From NCBI GenBank assembly GCA_038522085.1, contig JBCBKJ010000008.1, positions 23,371-87,370 on the forward strand: a stretch of 64,000 bases of DNA. The letters run 5' to 3'. The stretch comes from Chloroflexota bacterium (GTDB lineage Bacteria; Chloroflexota; Anaerolineae; Aggregatilineales; Phototrophicaceae). Each line of letters opens with the position of its first letter. Position 1 is the stretch's first letter. Below are positions 36,173 to 46,229 of the stretch, one piece after another. The notes under the pieces were generated by a model that saw only the letters and a list, made by a program, of their open reading frames with translations, ran no database searches and had not been told where the DNA came from. A program made the position numbers and the translations under genes.

Positions 36173-37630
36173 TTATTGCAATTCAGCGAGGGCGGTTTGT
36201 GCCGCTTCAAAATTCGGGTTATAGCGCAGTGCTTGACGCAGGTCAGCGATTGCTTCAGAGGTTGCGCCTTGTCCAGCATATGCCATTCCGCGCCAATAGT
36301 AGCTCTCTTCGAGTTCCGACGCTAAGTTGAGGTTGCTATTCGCAAAAGCAATCACATCGCTATAGCGCCCTGTATTGTAATATGCCTCAAACAAGCCAAA
36401 TTGATACCACAAGATGCGCCAAGGCAATGTGTTAATGGAGATAGCACGGTCAAAAGCAGCACTCGCTTCTTCGTAACGTCCCATAGCCGCCCATGATGAG
36501 CCGAGATTATGCCATGCGTAGGCATCGTCTATATTGGCGTTTGCTTCAGCTTGGGCAGTTTCGGCTGCGATGAGCAGGGCTTGGTCTTCGTCCCAATAAT
36601 CACCGAGAATATTGCGAAGTTGCGTCTCTTGCTCATCAGAGTAGACAACAATGAAGGTGCGATTGAAATGTCGCCATGTGCTATCGAGTTCAGCGTATTC
36701 TTGCAAGATACCCGAACCATTAACGCCATTACCTAAGAAACTATCGTAAGCATAAAAGCCGTTGCTACCATCATCATAGGCAACGAGTGCTTGATAGTGT
36801 CCTGTCCATTCGTAGCCCTCAAAATACATACCACGCTCAACAATGACGGGAAAGCCACCCGCGATGAGTGCTTGCAAGAGGTCAACTGTGCCACCTACAC
36901 GATAAATCGCATTCACGCCTGTCTGCTCGTTGACATAATCAACCAACTCTTGTGGACTGACATTTTTATCCTCACGGTTGGGGCGCAAAAAGGATTTGGC
37001 ATAATCTTGGTCTTCTTGCCAACCAAAGTAGCTGAGTGCAGTGGTGATAGTCGCTGGACCACAGTTGTTCCATGTTTGTCGCGCCCAACTAAACCCCGTG
37101 TTGCGATGCGAGGCAGGCAAATTTAGAAAAGCTGTGTTCGCGGAAACGACTTGTGAATTTGTTCCAGCATTCGCGTCAGACGGTAGCGGGGTATTGGTTG
37201 GTAAAGGCGTATTCGTAGGCAGAGGCGTGTTGGTCGGCAAAGGGGTATTCGTCGGCAAGGCAGTGCTTTCTGCGCTGGCTGGCTCACTAGCTGTATCTGG
37301 TTCGCTAGTTGCCACGGTAATGGGTGTCTGTAACAAGTCTAGCGGATTGATGCCCCCTGCTTGCGACGCATCAACTGTTGGGAGTACCCCACCCTCCGGC
37401 GTTGGGTTGCGTTGTAAAAACACATCCATGAATGGCGCATTGTTGATGACACGCACTTGCTGTCCGGCAGTGAGTACATTATTGAATGCCCAAATGCCAG
37501 AGAAGAACCCGATGACAATCAACATAAAGAGAATCATCACGCCCCATAACAAGAATGCTGGCGGACCCTCTGTGCGGTTCGCACTGACGGGCTTCATTTT
37601 TGGTTCCGTTTTATCTTGCGGAAAGGTCAT
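36173..37630 (-). CDS. Membrane-anchored C39-like cysteine peptidase domain + TPR repeat protein with (LPTNTP)x5 linker
   Basis: N-terminal TM (FLLWGVMILFMLIVIGFF), hexapeptide repeats, Peptidase_C39-like motif WNNCGPATITTALSYFGW, C-terminal TPR-like helices (AWHNLGSSWAAMGRYEEASAAFDRAI...). Confidence 0.7.
   Translation of the reverse strand: MTFPQDKTEPKMKPVSANRTEGPPAFLLWGVMILFMLIVIGFFSGIWAFNNVLTAGQQVRVINNAPFMDVFLQRNPTPEGGVLPTVDASQAGGINPLDLLQTPITVATSEPDTASEPASAESTALPTNTPLPTNTPLPTNTPLPTNTPLPSDANAGTNSQVVSANTAFLNLPASHRNTGFSWARQTWNNCGPATITTALSYFGWQEDQDYAKSFLRPNREDKNVSPQELVDYVNEQTGVNAIYRVGGTVDLLQALIAGGFPVIVERGMYFEGYEWTGHYQALVAYDDGSNGFYAYDSFLGNGVNGSGILQEYAELDSTWRHFNRTFIVVYSDEQETQLRNILGDYWDEDQALLIAAETAQAEANANIDDAYAWHNLGSSWAAMGRYEEASAAFDRAISINTLPWRILWYQFGLFEAYYNTGRYSDVIAFANSNLNLASELEESYYWRGMAYAGQGATSEAIADLRQALRYNPNFEAAQTALAELQ
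37182..37260. repeat. 18-bp tandem repeat, about 4.5 copies
   Basis: ggtagcggggtattggtt / ggtaaaggcgtattcgta / ggcagaggcgtgttggtc / ggcaaaggggtattcgtc ...; encodes LPTNTP hexapeptides on the minus strand. Confidence 0.7.
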
Positions 37631-37861
37631 TGGTCTAATCCTGTACTGAATATTGGTAGACAGTATAGCGATACTGTCCGTTGTTTTACAGCAAAAATCT
37701 TACACGTAGGTTAGGCGTATATGGTGTATCATGCTCAGTGTGCCATAAATCATAATTCATGAAAATGCGTGAGTGCCAGCGTTTAGCATTCGTTCACCCT
37801 ACGCGAACACACGGACTTTGCTATAATCCGCGCTCGGCATTGTTTCTGGAGATAGTCCCAT

Positions 37862-38998
37862 ATGCGTAAATATCAGAATCAAATTTTACTCGGAATCATC
37901 GGTGCATTGGCAATTTATATCGGTCTGCTCCTCTTTGCAGATAGCCAAGGGCGCTTGGAAACAGACGGCATCATAGAACAAATTCAATCATTTCCGCTAT
38001 GGCTGATTGTACCGCTTATTTTCTGTCAGCTAATGGTGATTGCATTCCGCTTTTTGGAATGGCATTACTACTTGGGCGTGATTGAAGCACGTCACCGTAT
38101 TAGTGTAGCGAACAGCCTGATTATCTTCGTTGCCTCCTTCACGATGGTGGTTAGTCCAGGTAAAGCTGCTGAACTGCTCAAATCTGTTTTGCTGAAAATC
38201 CAGACAACAGAAAAAGCAAGCGACGATGACGAAAAAGGCAAAGCGGGTGTACCAGTCGCCCGAAGTGCGCCGATTGTGATTGCAGAACGTGTTGTTGATG
38301 GCATTGCAGTCTTATTATTGATGACAGCGACGCTGATTATCGCGGGGGATAACCTCAATTTAGGCACATATGCCGGTATTGATTATGCCGTACTGAGTCG
38401 CACCCTAATTTTCTCGTCTACAGCAATCATCCTGACAGGATTAATCGTCATTCAGATTAAGCCACTCGCGTATTTTTTCCTGAATTTGCTAGAGAAAATC
38501 CCCGTTCTAAATCGTCTGCATCAACCACTCACAGATTTTTATGAAAGCAGCCGTGAAGTTTTTGCCCTGCATCATGTGTTGCTCATGTCGATGGTTGGCG
38601 TCGGCGTTTATATATCTAGTGCGGCGGGCTTTGTGATTGTACTCTACGGCTTCGGCTTAGAAATCACAGGGCAGTTAATCTTGCAAGCATTATTTATCGT
38701 CGGTGTATCATCCGCTATCGGGGCATTGAGCTTTGTCCCCAACGGCGCAGGCGTGACTGAAATATCGAATACGGGCATGTTGCTGGCATTGGTCGCGCCC
38801 ATTCAGCCGATGGTCACATTGCCACTCGCGGCAGCAGCAGCACTCATACAAGGCTTTTTCCACAAGTGGTTCAGAGTATTGGCAGGCTTGCTAGTCGCGT
38901 TTTTGTTTCGCAACCGTTTGTTTGGCGAAGATTTAGAAGCCGAACTCGCCAACGCGGATGCTGAAAAAGACAGTGTAGCTATCTCAGCTACGGCTTAA
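37862..38998 (+). CDS. UPF0104/flippase-like (lysylphosphatidylglycerol-synthase-TM-type) integral membrane protein
   Basis: 378 aa, about 8 TM, conserved SPGKAAELLKSVLL segment typical of this family. Divergent from the C39/TPR gene. Confidence 0.55.
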   Translation: MRKYQNQILLGIIGALAIYIGLLLFADSQGRLETDGIIEQIQSFPLWLIVPLIFCQLMVIAFRFLEWHYYLGVIEARHRISVANSLIIFVASFTMVVSPGKAAELLKSVLLKIQTTEKASDDDEKGKAGVPVARSAPIVIAERVVDGIAVLLLMTATLIIAGDNLNLGTYAGIDYAVLSRTLIFSSTAIILTGLIVIQIKPLAYFFLNLLEKIPVLNRLHQPLTDFYESSREVFALHHVLLMSMVGVGVYISSAAGFVIVLYGFGLEITGQLILQALFIVGVSSAIGALSFVPNGAGVTEISNTGMLLALVAPIQPMVTLPLAAAAALIQGFFHKWFRVLAGLLVAFLFRNRLFGEDLEAELANADAEKDSVAISATA

Positions 38999-40480
38999 TT
39001 ACTCCTGCGATGCCGTCGCGTCTACAGTGCTTTCGAGAATCAGTCCGCCAATGCGTGCGGCTTCACTGGCATCGTCGGTATTCTCTAGCACAACCGCAAT
39101 GGCAATGCCTCGATTTTCGGCAACGGTGGTGAAGCCAATGAACCATGCTTGCGTTTCATCACCAGAAACAGCCAATGCAGTATGTCCACCAATCGTTATG
39201 CTCGCGCTAGAAGCAAGCACAGAAGCACTATCGTCTATTTCGACATTACTCAACATCAATTGGCGTAGACGACGGGCGGCTGTTGCTGTCATGAGGGGCT
39301 GGGTTGGCAAATCCGCATCAACCGTAATCCACGCATTTTCAGGTGCTTCTGGCAGACGATAGGCATTCAGCGCGAATGGTTGTGGCGCATTGCCCGCATT
39401 GATGACCGCAGAGGCAACAGTCGCCATATTAAGCGGGTTAATCGTCAAGTCACCTTGCCCTACCAAATCTTCTACTAGTGAAAGCGTCGGTTGATTGGCA
39501 TCAACGGTTGGGGTGCTTTCGGGCGTGGCTTCTTCTGTTGCAGACGACGAAATTTTATCGGTTGTTTCCGGCTCTACGATGAAACCTGCAAGCGTCGGTT
39601 GGGCATCTAAACGAAAAGCACTTACGATATTTTGCAATGAAGTCGGATTGATGTCATTTGCCAGTAGCGAAAATGGCACCGGACAACCATAGGCATAAGC
39701 CTGACTATACGTTAAATCCGGCTGGGGTGGCTCAACAGCACAGGTGAGCGTGCGGTCATCAATCATCAATGGGCGATTCGCATCGGCTGTCAATACATCG
39801 AAAGGCTGATCCGTGAGAATACCTGCAACCATGAGCGGTGTTTGTAGCATGCCACCGGGTTGATATTGCCCTTGTAGAGCGCGATTGAAGAATAAATCGC
39901 CTTCTTGGACAATCAAATTATCCCATTCAGCATCAAGTGTATTCGGGTCGTAAGTCGGCAAACTCATCATCCCTAGCACTGCCCCATCCGGTACACTCAA
40001 TACCACGACTGCCCCTGTACGTCCTGAGAGCGCATCAGCGATAGCCTCCTGTACGTCAAGGTCAAGCGTAAGGCGAACATCTGCACCCTGTGCTGGCAAG
40101 TGCAAGACATTTTGTTCAATGATCGTTGCCAGTGGGTCAGAATCTACTTCACCACGCAGATAATCGTTATAGGCGGCTTCTGCACCTGCAACCCCATAAC
40201 GAAAGCTGAAATAGCCTACGATACTATTCATCGCTTCGTGCGGATACTGGCGCACTGTTTGCTCATCTACAAGAACGGATTCTGCTAAAACGTGATTATC
40301 GGCATCGTAGATACTCCCACGCTGAATCGCAATTTCTGCTTCGACAAGACGCGGGTTATCATCACGGAGCAAAATAGAATCTGCCCCAACGACTGCCCAG
40401 TAACTTGCCGAGCCAACGATAGCAAAAAACGCTAATAACAAGCCAAACATGAGCCGATTAATCTCGCGTGTGAAAGCCAC
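38999..40480 (-). CDS. Class B penicillin-binding protein homologue (PbpA/PBP2-like) with apparently degenerate active-site motifs
   Basis: N-terminal TM + PBP dimerisation region. The conserved context YDPNT...W...NRALQGQY-PG precedes GMLQ where STFK (SxxK) is expected. An IGGHT sequence sits where KTGT is expected. Adjacent to, and abutting, the SEDS gene. Confidence 0.75.
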   Translation of the reverse strand: MAFTREINRLMFGLLLAFFAIVGSASYWAVVGADSILLRDDNPRLVEAEIAIQRGSIYDADNHVLAESVLVDEQTVRQYPHEAMNSIVGYFSFRYGVAGAEAAYNDYLRGEVDSDPLATIIEQNVLHLPAQGADVRLTLDLDVQEAIADALSGRTGAVVVLSVPDGAVLGMMSLPTYDPNTLDAEWDNLIVQEGDLFFNRALQGQYQPGGMLQTPLMVAGILTDQPFDVLTADANRPLMIDDRTLTCAVEPPQPDLTYSQAYAYGCPVPFSLLANDINPTSLQNIVSAFRLDAQPTLAGFIVEPETTDKISSSATEEATPESTPTVDANQPTLSLVEDLVGQGDLTINPLNMATVASAVINAGNAPQPFALNAYRLPEAPENAWITVDADLPTQPLMTATAARRLRQLMLSNVEIDDSASVLASSASITIGGHTALAVSGDETQAWFIGFTTVAENRGIAIAVVLENTDDASEAARIGGLILESTVDATASQE

Positions 40481-41791
40481 TTAGCGTACCTCAGCCGATA
40501 AACGTAAGAGTAGACCAATGATGATAAAACTCGCTAGAAGTGAACTGCCTCCATAGCTCATAAATGGCAAAGTGACGCCTGTCAGTGGCAATAGCTTTAA
40601 TACCCCACCCATGATGAGTAGACTTTGAATGCCGATGAGCATACTCAAGCCGAGCGCAAGCAAACTATAAAAGGGACGGGATTCATGCTTAACGGCAATA
40701 CGCATCCCTCGCATGACGATAATTGCCATTGTCGCAATCATCACGGCAACGCCTAACAAGCCATATTCTTCTGCAAGGGCTGAGAAAATAAAATCAGAAT
40801 GCACCACAGGAATATAGGTCGGTGAACCTTGCCCGATACCTTGTCCAAAAATACCCCCTGCTCCGAACGCCATCAAACTCTGGACAATCTGGTAAGCGCG
40901 TCCATCGGCTTCTAGCCAAGGATTGAGCCAAATATCCACACGCAACTCAACCACAGCGAATAGGTTATAGGCGACAAATCCCGCTACAGCTAATAAGCCC
41001 GCTCCACCCAGCAGAATACTCACTTGCCCGCTAGCGACATACAGCAACACCAAAAAAACAGCGAAAAATAACGCCGCCGTCCCTAAATCCCGTTGCCAGA
41101 CAACGAGTAAAATACTCAAGCCCCACATCAACAAGATAGGACCCAAAATACGAGGCGATAGCCATGCGCGTTGATAACCCATGCCCTGTGCTTTGAGCTT
41201 AGATTGCGTACGCATCGCCGGAAATTGTTCTGAGAGATAACTCGCTAAGAAAATTACTAGAATGACTTTGAGTGCCTCTGATGGTTGAAAAAAGACATTT
41301 CCGAAACCAAGCCACAATTCCGGCGCACCCGCCAAACCAGACGGATTCTGTCCGAGAACAATGGTACTCACGAGCAAGACAATCCCCGTAATCAGCACCA
41401 AATAGCGATACGCACGTAACCAGCGCAAAATCTGTGGGATACGCACGACTACAAGCATCGCGGCGACAGAAATCAGCAACCAAATCGTTTGCCTATCCGA
41501 AAAATTGGGTGCGAGACGGTCTATCAGTACGAGTCCCCATCCGCTGAGAAACATCACCAACGGAAATAGCACAGGGTCACGTAGCGGCAAGAGACGGTCA
41601 AGCACCCATGAACCACCTACCGCACACACTATCCACACAGCAAGATGCCACCAAAGGGCAGTATCGGTAATATCTTGCAATGCCAGCGCCACGAAATTGA
41701 CCAACACAAACGCCCCTGTCAGCCAGAGGAGTTTACGCTCAGTATTCGTGACGATGGTATGTTGGTCTAACGGAATACGATTTTCAGCCAT
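40481..41791 (-). CDS. SEDS-family peptidoglycan polymerase (FtsW/RodA)
   Basis: 436 aa, about 10 TM, C-terminal conserved LPLTGVTLPFMSYGGSSLLASFIIIGLL. Confidence 0.9.
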   Translation of the reverse strand: MAENRIPLDQHTIVTNTERKLLWLTGAFVLVNFVALALQDITDTALWWHLAVWIVCAVGGSWVLDRLLPLRDPVLFPLVMFLSGWGLVLIDRLAPNFSDRQTIWLLISVAAMLVVVRIPQILRWLRAYRYLVLITGIVLLVSTIVLGQNPSGLAGAPELWLGFGNVFFQPSEALKVILVIFLASYLSEQFPAMRTQSKLKAQGMGYQRAWLSPRILGPILLMWGLSILLVVWQRDLGTAALFFAVFLVLLYVASGQVSILLGGAGLLAVAGFVAYNLFAVVELRVDIWLNPWLEADGRAYQIVQSLMAFGAGGIFGQGIGQGSPTYIPVVHSDFIFSALAEEYGLLGVAVMIATMAIIVMRGMRIAVKHESRPFYSLLALGLSMLIGIQSLLIMGGVLKLLPLTGVTLPFMSYGGSSLLASFIIIGLLLRLSAEVR

Positions 41792-41813
41792 GTATATTTA
41801 TCTCAAGCATAAT

Positions 41814-42689
41814 CTACAAACTCAACACCCGCTTCACGACATGATAGAGACGCTCTTTTGCACTCTCAGCAATCATGTTGCGATTCGTCGTCAATGCCAT
41901 TTGCAGAGCCATATGCGAGGATGTTTCGGTATCTAGGTCAATCGTATCCAGTAAGGCAACTAAGGCTTTTTTGATGATTTCGACATTCGCATTCACGACT
42001 TTTCCTACTTGTTCAGCCGTAACTGGTTCTTCGTCTTCGTGCCAAGAATCAAAATCGGTGACATGAGCAATCGAGGCATATGCCATCTCTGCTTCGCGTG
42101 CCAAAAAACATTCCGGCGCAGCAGTCATGCCGATGAGGTCGCAGCCCCATGCACGGAACATATGGCTTTCTGCACGGGTCGCAAAACGGGGACCATCTTC
42201 AATGAGAAATGTCCCACCATCATGCACAGTTGCATCAACCGAATTGAGCGCAGCAATTAGTTGCTCACGCAAATAAGCATCAAAGGGATCAGCGACAGAG
42301 ACATGGGCAATCAACCCTTCTTCGTTGAAAAAAGAGCGTTCGCGGATGCCAATGTTGTAATCAATAATTTGGTCAGGTACGGCAAGATGCCCAGGTGCTA
42401 TGTGTTCACGGAGACTACCGCACGCATTCGCAGAGACAATGAACCGCACGCCGATAGATTTCAGTGCATACATATTCGCCCTCTGAGGGACAAGTGCCGG
42501 ACTGAGGACGTGTCCTGTGCCGTGTCGTGCCAAAAACGCTATCCGCGTGCCTTTGAGCGTGCCAACCATGATAGGATTGCTGGGTTTGCCGAACGGGGTA
42601 TCAATATCGAGCGTGCTAACATCGCTAATATCCGGCAGATTGTATAAGCCAGTGCCACCGATGACCGCTAGCTTGATGGGGTCTGTCAT
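41814..42689 (-). CDS. mtnP: S-methyl-5'-thioadenosine phosphorylase
   Basis: IKLAVIGGTGLY N-terminus, PNP/MTAP family motifs (ARHGTGH, GMTAAPE). 22 nt upstream of the SEDS gene on the same strand. Confidence 0.85.
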   Translation of the reverse strand: MTDPIKLAVIGGTGLYNLPDISDVSTLDIDTPFGKPSNPIMVGTLKGTRIAFLARHGTGHVLSPALVPQRANMYALKSIGVRFIVSANACGSLREHIAPGHLAVPDQIIDYNIGIRERSFFNEEGLIAHVSVADPFDAYLREQLIAALNSVDATVHDGGTFLIEDGPRFATRAESHMFRAWGCDLIGMTAAPECFLAREAEMAYASIAHVTDFDSWHEDEEPVTAEQVGKVVNANVEIIKKALVALLDTIDLDTETSSHMALQMALTTNRNMIAESAKERLYHVVKRVLSL

Positions 42690-42828
42690 TGAAACTTACT
42701 CCTGAGAATGAATGCAAATTAAAATTGAAATCCTTGTAAATGATGAGGATTTGTAGGAAGAAAGCGCAGACATTATATAATCGGCTTGCTAACTCGCACA
42801 ATAATAGCATTCATCAGAGGATAAACGT

Positions 42829-44910
42829 ATGTTTGGCAAAATGCAGTATCCGAAAGCAAAACGTGTCGATGTGATAGATGACTTTTTCGGCAAAGAGGTC
42901 GCTGACCCCTATCGTTGGCTAGAAGATGCCGATGCAGAAGAAACCGTGGAATGGACACAGGAACAACATGATTTTGCATTCGAGCTACTTTCGACGATGC
43001 CAGGGCGTGAGGCATTCCGTTCACGTTTAACAGAAGTATGGGACTATCCCAAGTATGGCATTCCACGCCAACGGGGTGAGCGACTGTTTTTTACGAAAAA
43101 TGATGGTTTGCAAGCACAGCCGACGCTCTATGTACAAGATGGCGATGCTGAACCGCGTGTTCTGCTTGACCCCAACACCCTCAGCGATGATGGCACGGTG
43201 GCGATGGTCGATTGGCAACCCACTGATGATGGCAAATACCTGATGTACGCCGTATCAGAGAGTGGGCTCGATTGGCGGACGTTCAAAATTCGGGACGTAG
43301 ATACAGGCGAAGATTTATCAGACGTACTCGAAAATATCAAATTCTCGTCTGCGGCATGGCGACGCGATAAGTCTGGTTTTTACTACTCGCGCTTCCCTGA
43401 AGGCACACACGATGAAGGCGAAGATAATCAGAAAGTCTCGCACAATTTATTCTTTCACACACTCGGCACAGAGCAATCCGAAGACCGTTTAGTATACAAA
43501 CATCCCGATTTAGAAGGCGTCAATTTTTGGTCGTATGTCAGTCATGATGACCGCTTTTTGTTCGTGCATGTGACAGGTGATTCATTTGTGTTCAATCGCC
43601 TGTACTATAGTGACATCACGCGAGATGATACCCAGTTCGTTCGCTTATTTGATGAGCTTGATGCCAGTTATGGCGTGGTACATGTAGATGGTGACATCTT
43701 CTATATTTTGACCACAAAAGATGCGCCAAACAAACGCTTGATGGCACTCGATATTAACCAACCTGATAATTGGCAAGAAGTTATTCCAGAAAGTGAAAAT
43801 GTTATCAATGGCGTTGCCTTTGCCAATGACCAGTTCATCATCACCTATATGCAAGATGCCCATCATATTGTAAAAATCTTTGCTAAAGATGGTACGTATA
43901 TCCGTGATATAGAATTGCCAACCATCGGCTCTACCGGATTCAGTGCCGGCTGGGGTAGCTCGCCTACCGATACAAGCATCTTCATTCCGTTCATGTCGTA
44001 TTTGCAACCCCTGAGCATCCTAAAGTACGACTTAGAGTCTAACGAGATGACAACCGTTTTTGATACCTCTGTACCGACATTTGATGTGGATGCCTACGAA
44101 ACAAAACAAGTCTTTTTTGAATCCAAAGACGGTACACGCGTGCCGATGTTCATTACAGCGAAAAAAGGCATCGAGCTAAATGGTGATAACCCAACGATTC
44201 TCTATGGCTACGGTGGCTATGACATCAGCTTGACTCCTGGATATGCGTCTCATCTACCTGTGTGGCTCGAAAATGGTGGTGTTTATGCTGTGGCAAATAT
44301 TCGCGGGGGTGGTGAATACGGCGAATCTTGGCATTTGGATGGCATGCTCGATAAAAAGCAAAACACGTTTGATGATTTCATCGCGGCGGCAGAATGGCTC
44401 ATCGACAATGGCTATACATCCAGCGAAAAACTCGCTATTGAAGGCGGTAGTAACGGCGGTCTGCTAGTGGCTGCTTGCATGGTGCAACGCCCTGACCTCT
44501 ACGGCGCGATATTGTGCCATGTCCCTGTGATTGATATGTTGCGCTTTCAGCATTTCACTGCCGGACGCTATTGGACATCTGAATATGGCGATGCCAATAG
44601 CACCGAAGATCATTTCGACTTTTTGATGCAGTATTCGCCCCTACACAATATCGAAGCGGGTGTGGATTACCCGCCCCTACTCATCATGACCGCTGACCAT
44701 GATGACCGTGTTGTACCTATGCACTCAAAGAAATTCGCGGCGGCACTACAAAACGCCGATACAGAAGCTGAAGATAGTAACAATGTCATCTTGCTACGCA
44801 TCGACACCAAAGCCGGACATGGTATGGGCAAACCAACCGCAAAAATGATTGACCAGCGTGTAGACATTTTCGCCTTTTTAAATGCCCTCTTTGAGATGGG
44901 CGTGAAATAG
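42829..44910 (+). CDS. Prolyl oligopeptidase (S9A family)
   Basis: N-terminal DPYRWLED motif, beta-propeller region, catalytic GGSNGGLLVAAC (GxSxGG), Asp and His (KAGHG) near the C-terminus. Confidence 0.9.
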   Translation: MFGKMQYPKAKRVDVIDDFFGKEVADPYRWLEDADAEETVEWTQEQHDFAFELLSTMPGREAFRSRLTEVWDYPKYGIPRQRGERLFFTKNDGLQAQPTLYVQDGDAEPRVLLDPNTLSDDGTVAMVDWQPTDDGKYLMYAVSESGLDWRTFKIRDVDTGEDLSDVLENIKFSSAAWRRDKSGFYYSRFPEGTHDEGEDNQKVSHNLFFHTLGTEQSEDRLVYKHPDLEGVNFWSYVSHDDRFLFVHVTGDSFVFNRLYYSDITRDDTQFVRLFDELDASYGVVHVDGDIFYILTTKDAPNKRLMALDINQPDNWQEVIPESENVINGVAFANDQFIITYMQDAHHIVKIFAKDGTYIRDIELPTIGSTGFSAGWGSSPTDTSIFIPFMSYLQPLSILKYDLESNEMTTVFDTSVPTFDVDAYETKQVFFESKDGTRVPMFITAKKGIELNGDNPTILYGYGGYDISLTPGYASHLPVWLENGGVYAVANIRGGGEYGESWHLDGMLDKKQNTFDDFIAAAEWLIDNGYTSSEKLAIEGGSNGGLLVAACMVQRPDLYGAILCHVPVIDMLRFQHFTAGRYWTSEYGDANSTEDHFDFLMQYSPLHNIEAGVDYPPLLIMTADHDDRVVPMHSKKFAAALQNADTEAEDSNNVILLRIDTKAGHGMGKPTAKMIDQRVDIFAFLNALFEMGVK

Positions 44911-45702
44911 CTAAAAAGTCGTGCGGGTCGCGCCACCATCAACGGCGAGTGCTGTCCCGTTGATGAATCCAGCGGCGGGTGAACACAAAAAGACTGCCGC
45001 ATTCGCAAATTCCATAGCATCTCCAAGTCGCTTAATCGGGATAGATTGGGCGGCTTTTTCGCGTTCGGTTGCGGGGTCAGTATTATTTTTATCTGCGCGA
45101 GCTTGCATCAGCTTATCGACCCGCGCTGTTTCCGTGACGCCAGGCAAAATGCTATTGAAGCGAATATTCTCTGCACCAAGTTCGAGCGAGAGCGTTTTGG
45201 TGAGTCCGACAACAGCCGGACGAATCGTATTGGACAGTGTGAGATTTTCGACAGGCTGTTTAGCGGCAATCGAGACAACTGCCAACACCGCCGCCCGTGA
45301 TGATTGCTTGAGATGCGGCAAAGCAGGCTTAATGAGATTCACAGCACTGAGCAAAGTGAGGTCAGTAGCACTGCGCCAATCCTCATAATCGAACTGTTCA
45401 AACGTGCCTGCAGGGGGTCCACCTGCGTTGGTGATGAGAATATCCAATCCACCGAGCATAGACACCGCATTATCTACTACTTTTTTTGCAGATTCAGGAT
45501 CAGATACATCAGCGGCATAAGTGAAAACCGCATTACCTGTTGCCGAGTTGATTTCACGCGCTGTTGCTTGCAATTTATCAAGGCTACGGCTGTTGATGAC
45601 GACAATTGCCCCTTCTTGGCTGAACACTTTGGCTGTTGCCGCACCTAAGCCTCCACTCGCCGCCGTGACTAGCACTCTCGCCCCACGCAGACCCAAATCC
45701 AT
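44911..45702 (-). CDS. SDR-family oxidoreductase (FabG-like)
   Basis: MDLGLRGARVLVTAASGGLG Rossmann motif, NAG, catalytic S...YxxxK region. Start placed at the internal Met; the ORF extends to 45717. Confidence 0.8.
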   Translation of the reverse strand: MDLGLRGARVLVTAASGGLGAATAKVFSQEGAIVVINSRSLDKLQATAREINSATGNAVFTYAADVSDPESAKKVVDNAVSMLGGLDILITNAGGPPAGTFEQFDYEDWRSATDLTLLSAVNLIKPALPHLKQSSRAAVLAVVSIAAKQPVENLTLSNTIRPAVVGLTKTLSLELGAENIRFNSILPGVTETARVDKLMQARADKNNTDPATEREKAAQSIPIKRLGDAMEFANAAVFLCSPAAGFINGTALAVDGGATRTTF

Positions 45703-45776
45703 AGCACAATCTCCCATATCTGAAACGAAATAAGAACGAGTATACCATTTTCTAGGGATGTAAAATACAAATGGAC

Positions 45777-46220
45777 TTAGGCATCCAGCGTAATTTTGAA
45801 GTGACTATTACCGATGCTGATGATGTCTTCATCGGTGATGATGATAGGCGAGGAAACGCGGTCTCCGTTGAGGAGTGTACCATTACGACTACTGCGGTCT
45901 TCTAGCCACCAACGCCCCTCTTTGAGGCTTACCAGCGCATGTTCGCCACTGGCAAAATCATCTTGAATGACGATACTGTTGGTGGGCGAACGACCAATGC
46001 TAGTTAGCGGGCGTAACGGAAACGTATCACCTGTAGGGGCGAGCATATTATCAACTTCGATATGCTTGGCAAGCGTGCCATAGGTGCGCCGTGTAATTTC
46101 GACTTGGGCGGCGGCACTACGATAATCACGCCACAGCACAACAAAAAACGCACCCAAAATCAGCATCAAAATGATACCAGAGAGCAAGCGTAACCCAAAT
46201 AATATCAGTGCCATATCCAC
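45777..46220 (-). CDS. FHA-domain membrane protein (FhaB/FipA-like)
   Basis: N-terminal TM (LILFGLRLLSGIILMLILGAFFVVL) + C-terminal FHA (IGRSPTNSIVIQD...SGEHALV...NGTLLNGDRV). Confidence 0.8.
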   Translation of the reverse strand: MDMALILFGLRLLSGIILMLILGAFFVVLWRDYRSAAAQVEITRRTYGTLAKHIEVDNMLAPTGDTFPLRPLTSIGRSPTNSIVIQDDFASGEHALVSLKEGRWWLEDRSSRNGTLLNGDRVSSPIIITDEDIISIGNSHFKITLDA

Positions 46221-46229
46221 AGGTTTACT

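Noticed and set aside
37041-37649. 202-aa plus-strand ORF overlapping the C39/TPR gene
   Set aside because: Antisense to a gene with clear TM, C39-like and TPR features. The product is Gly/Val low-complexity generated by the 18-bp repeat.
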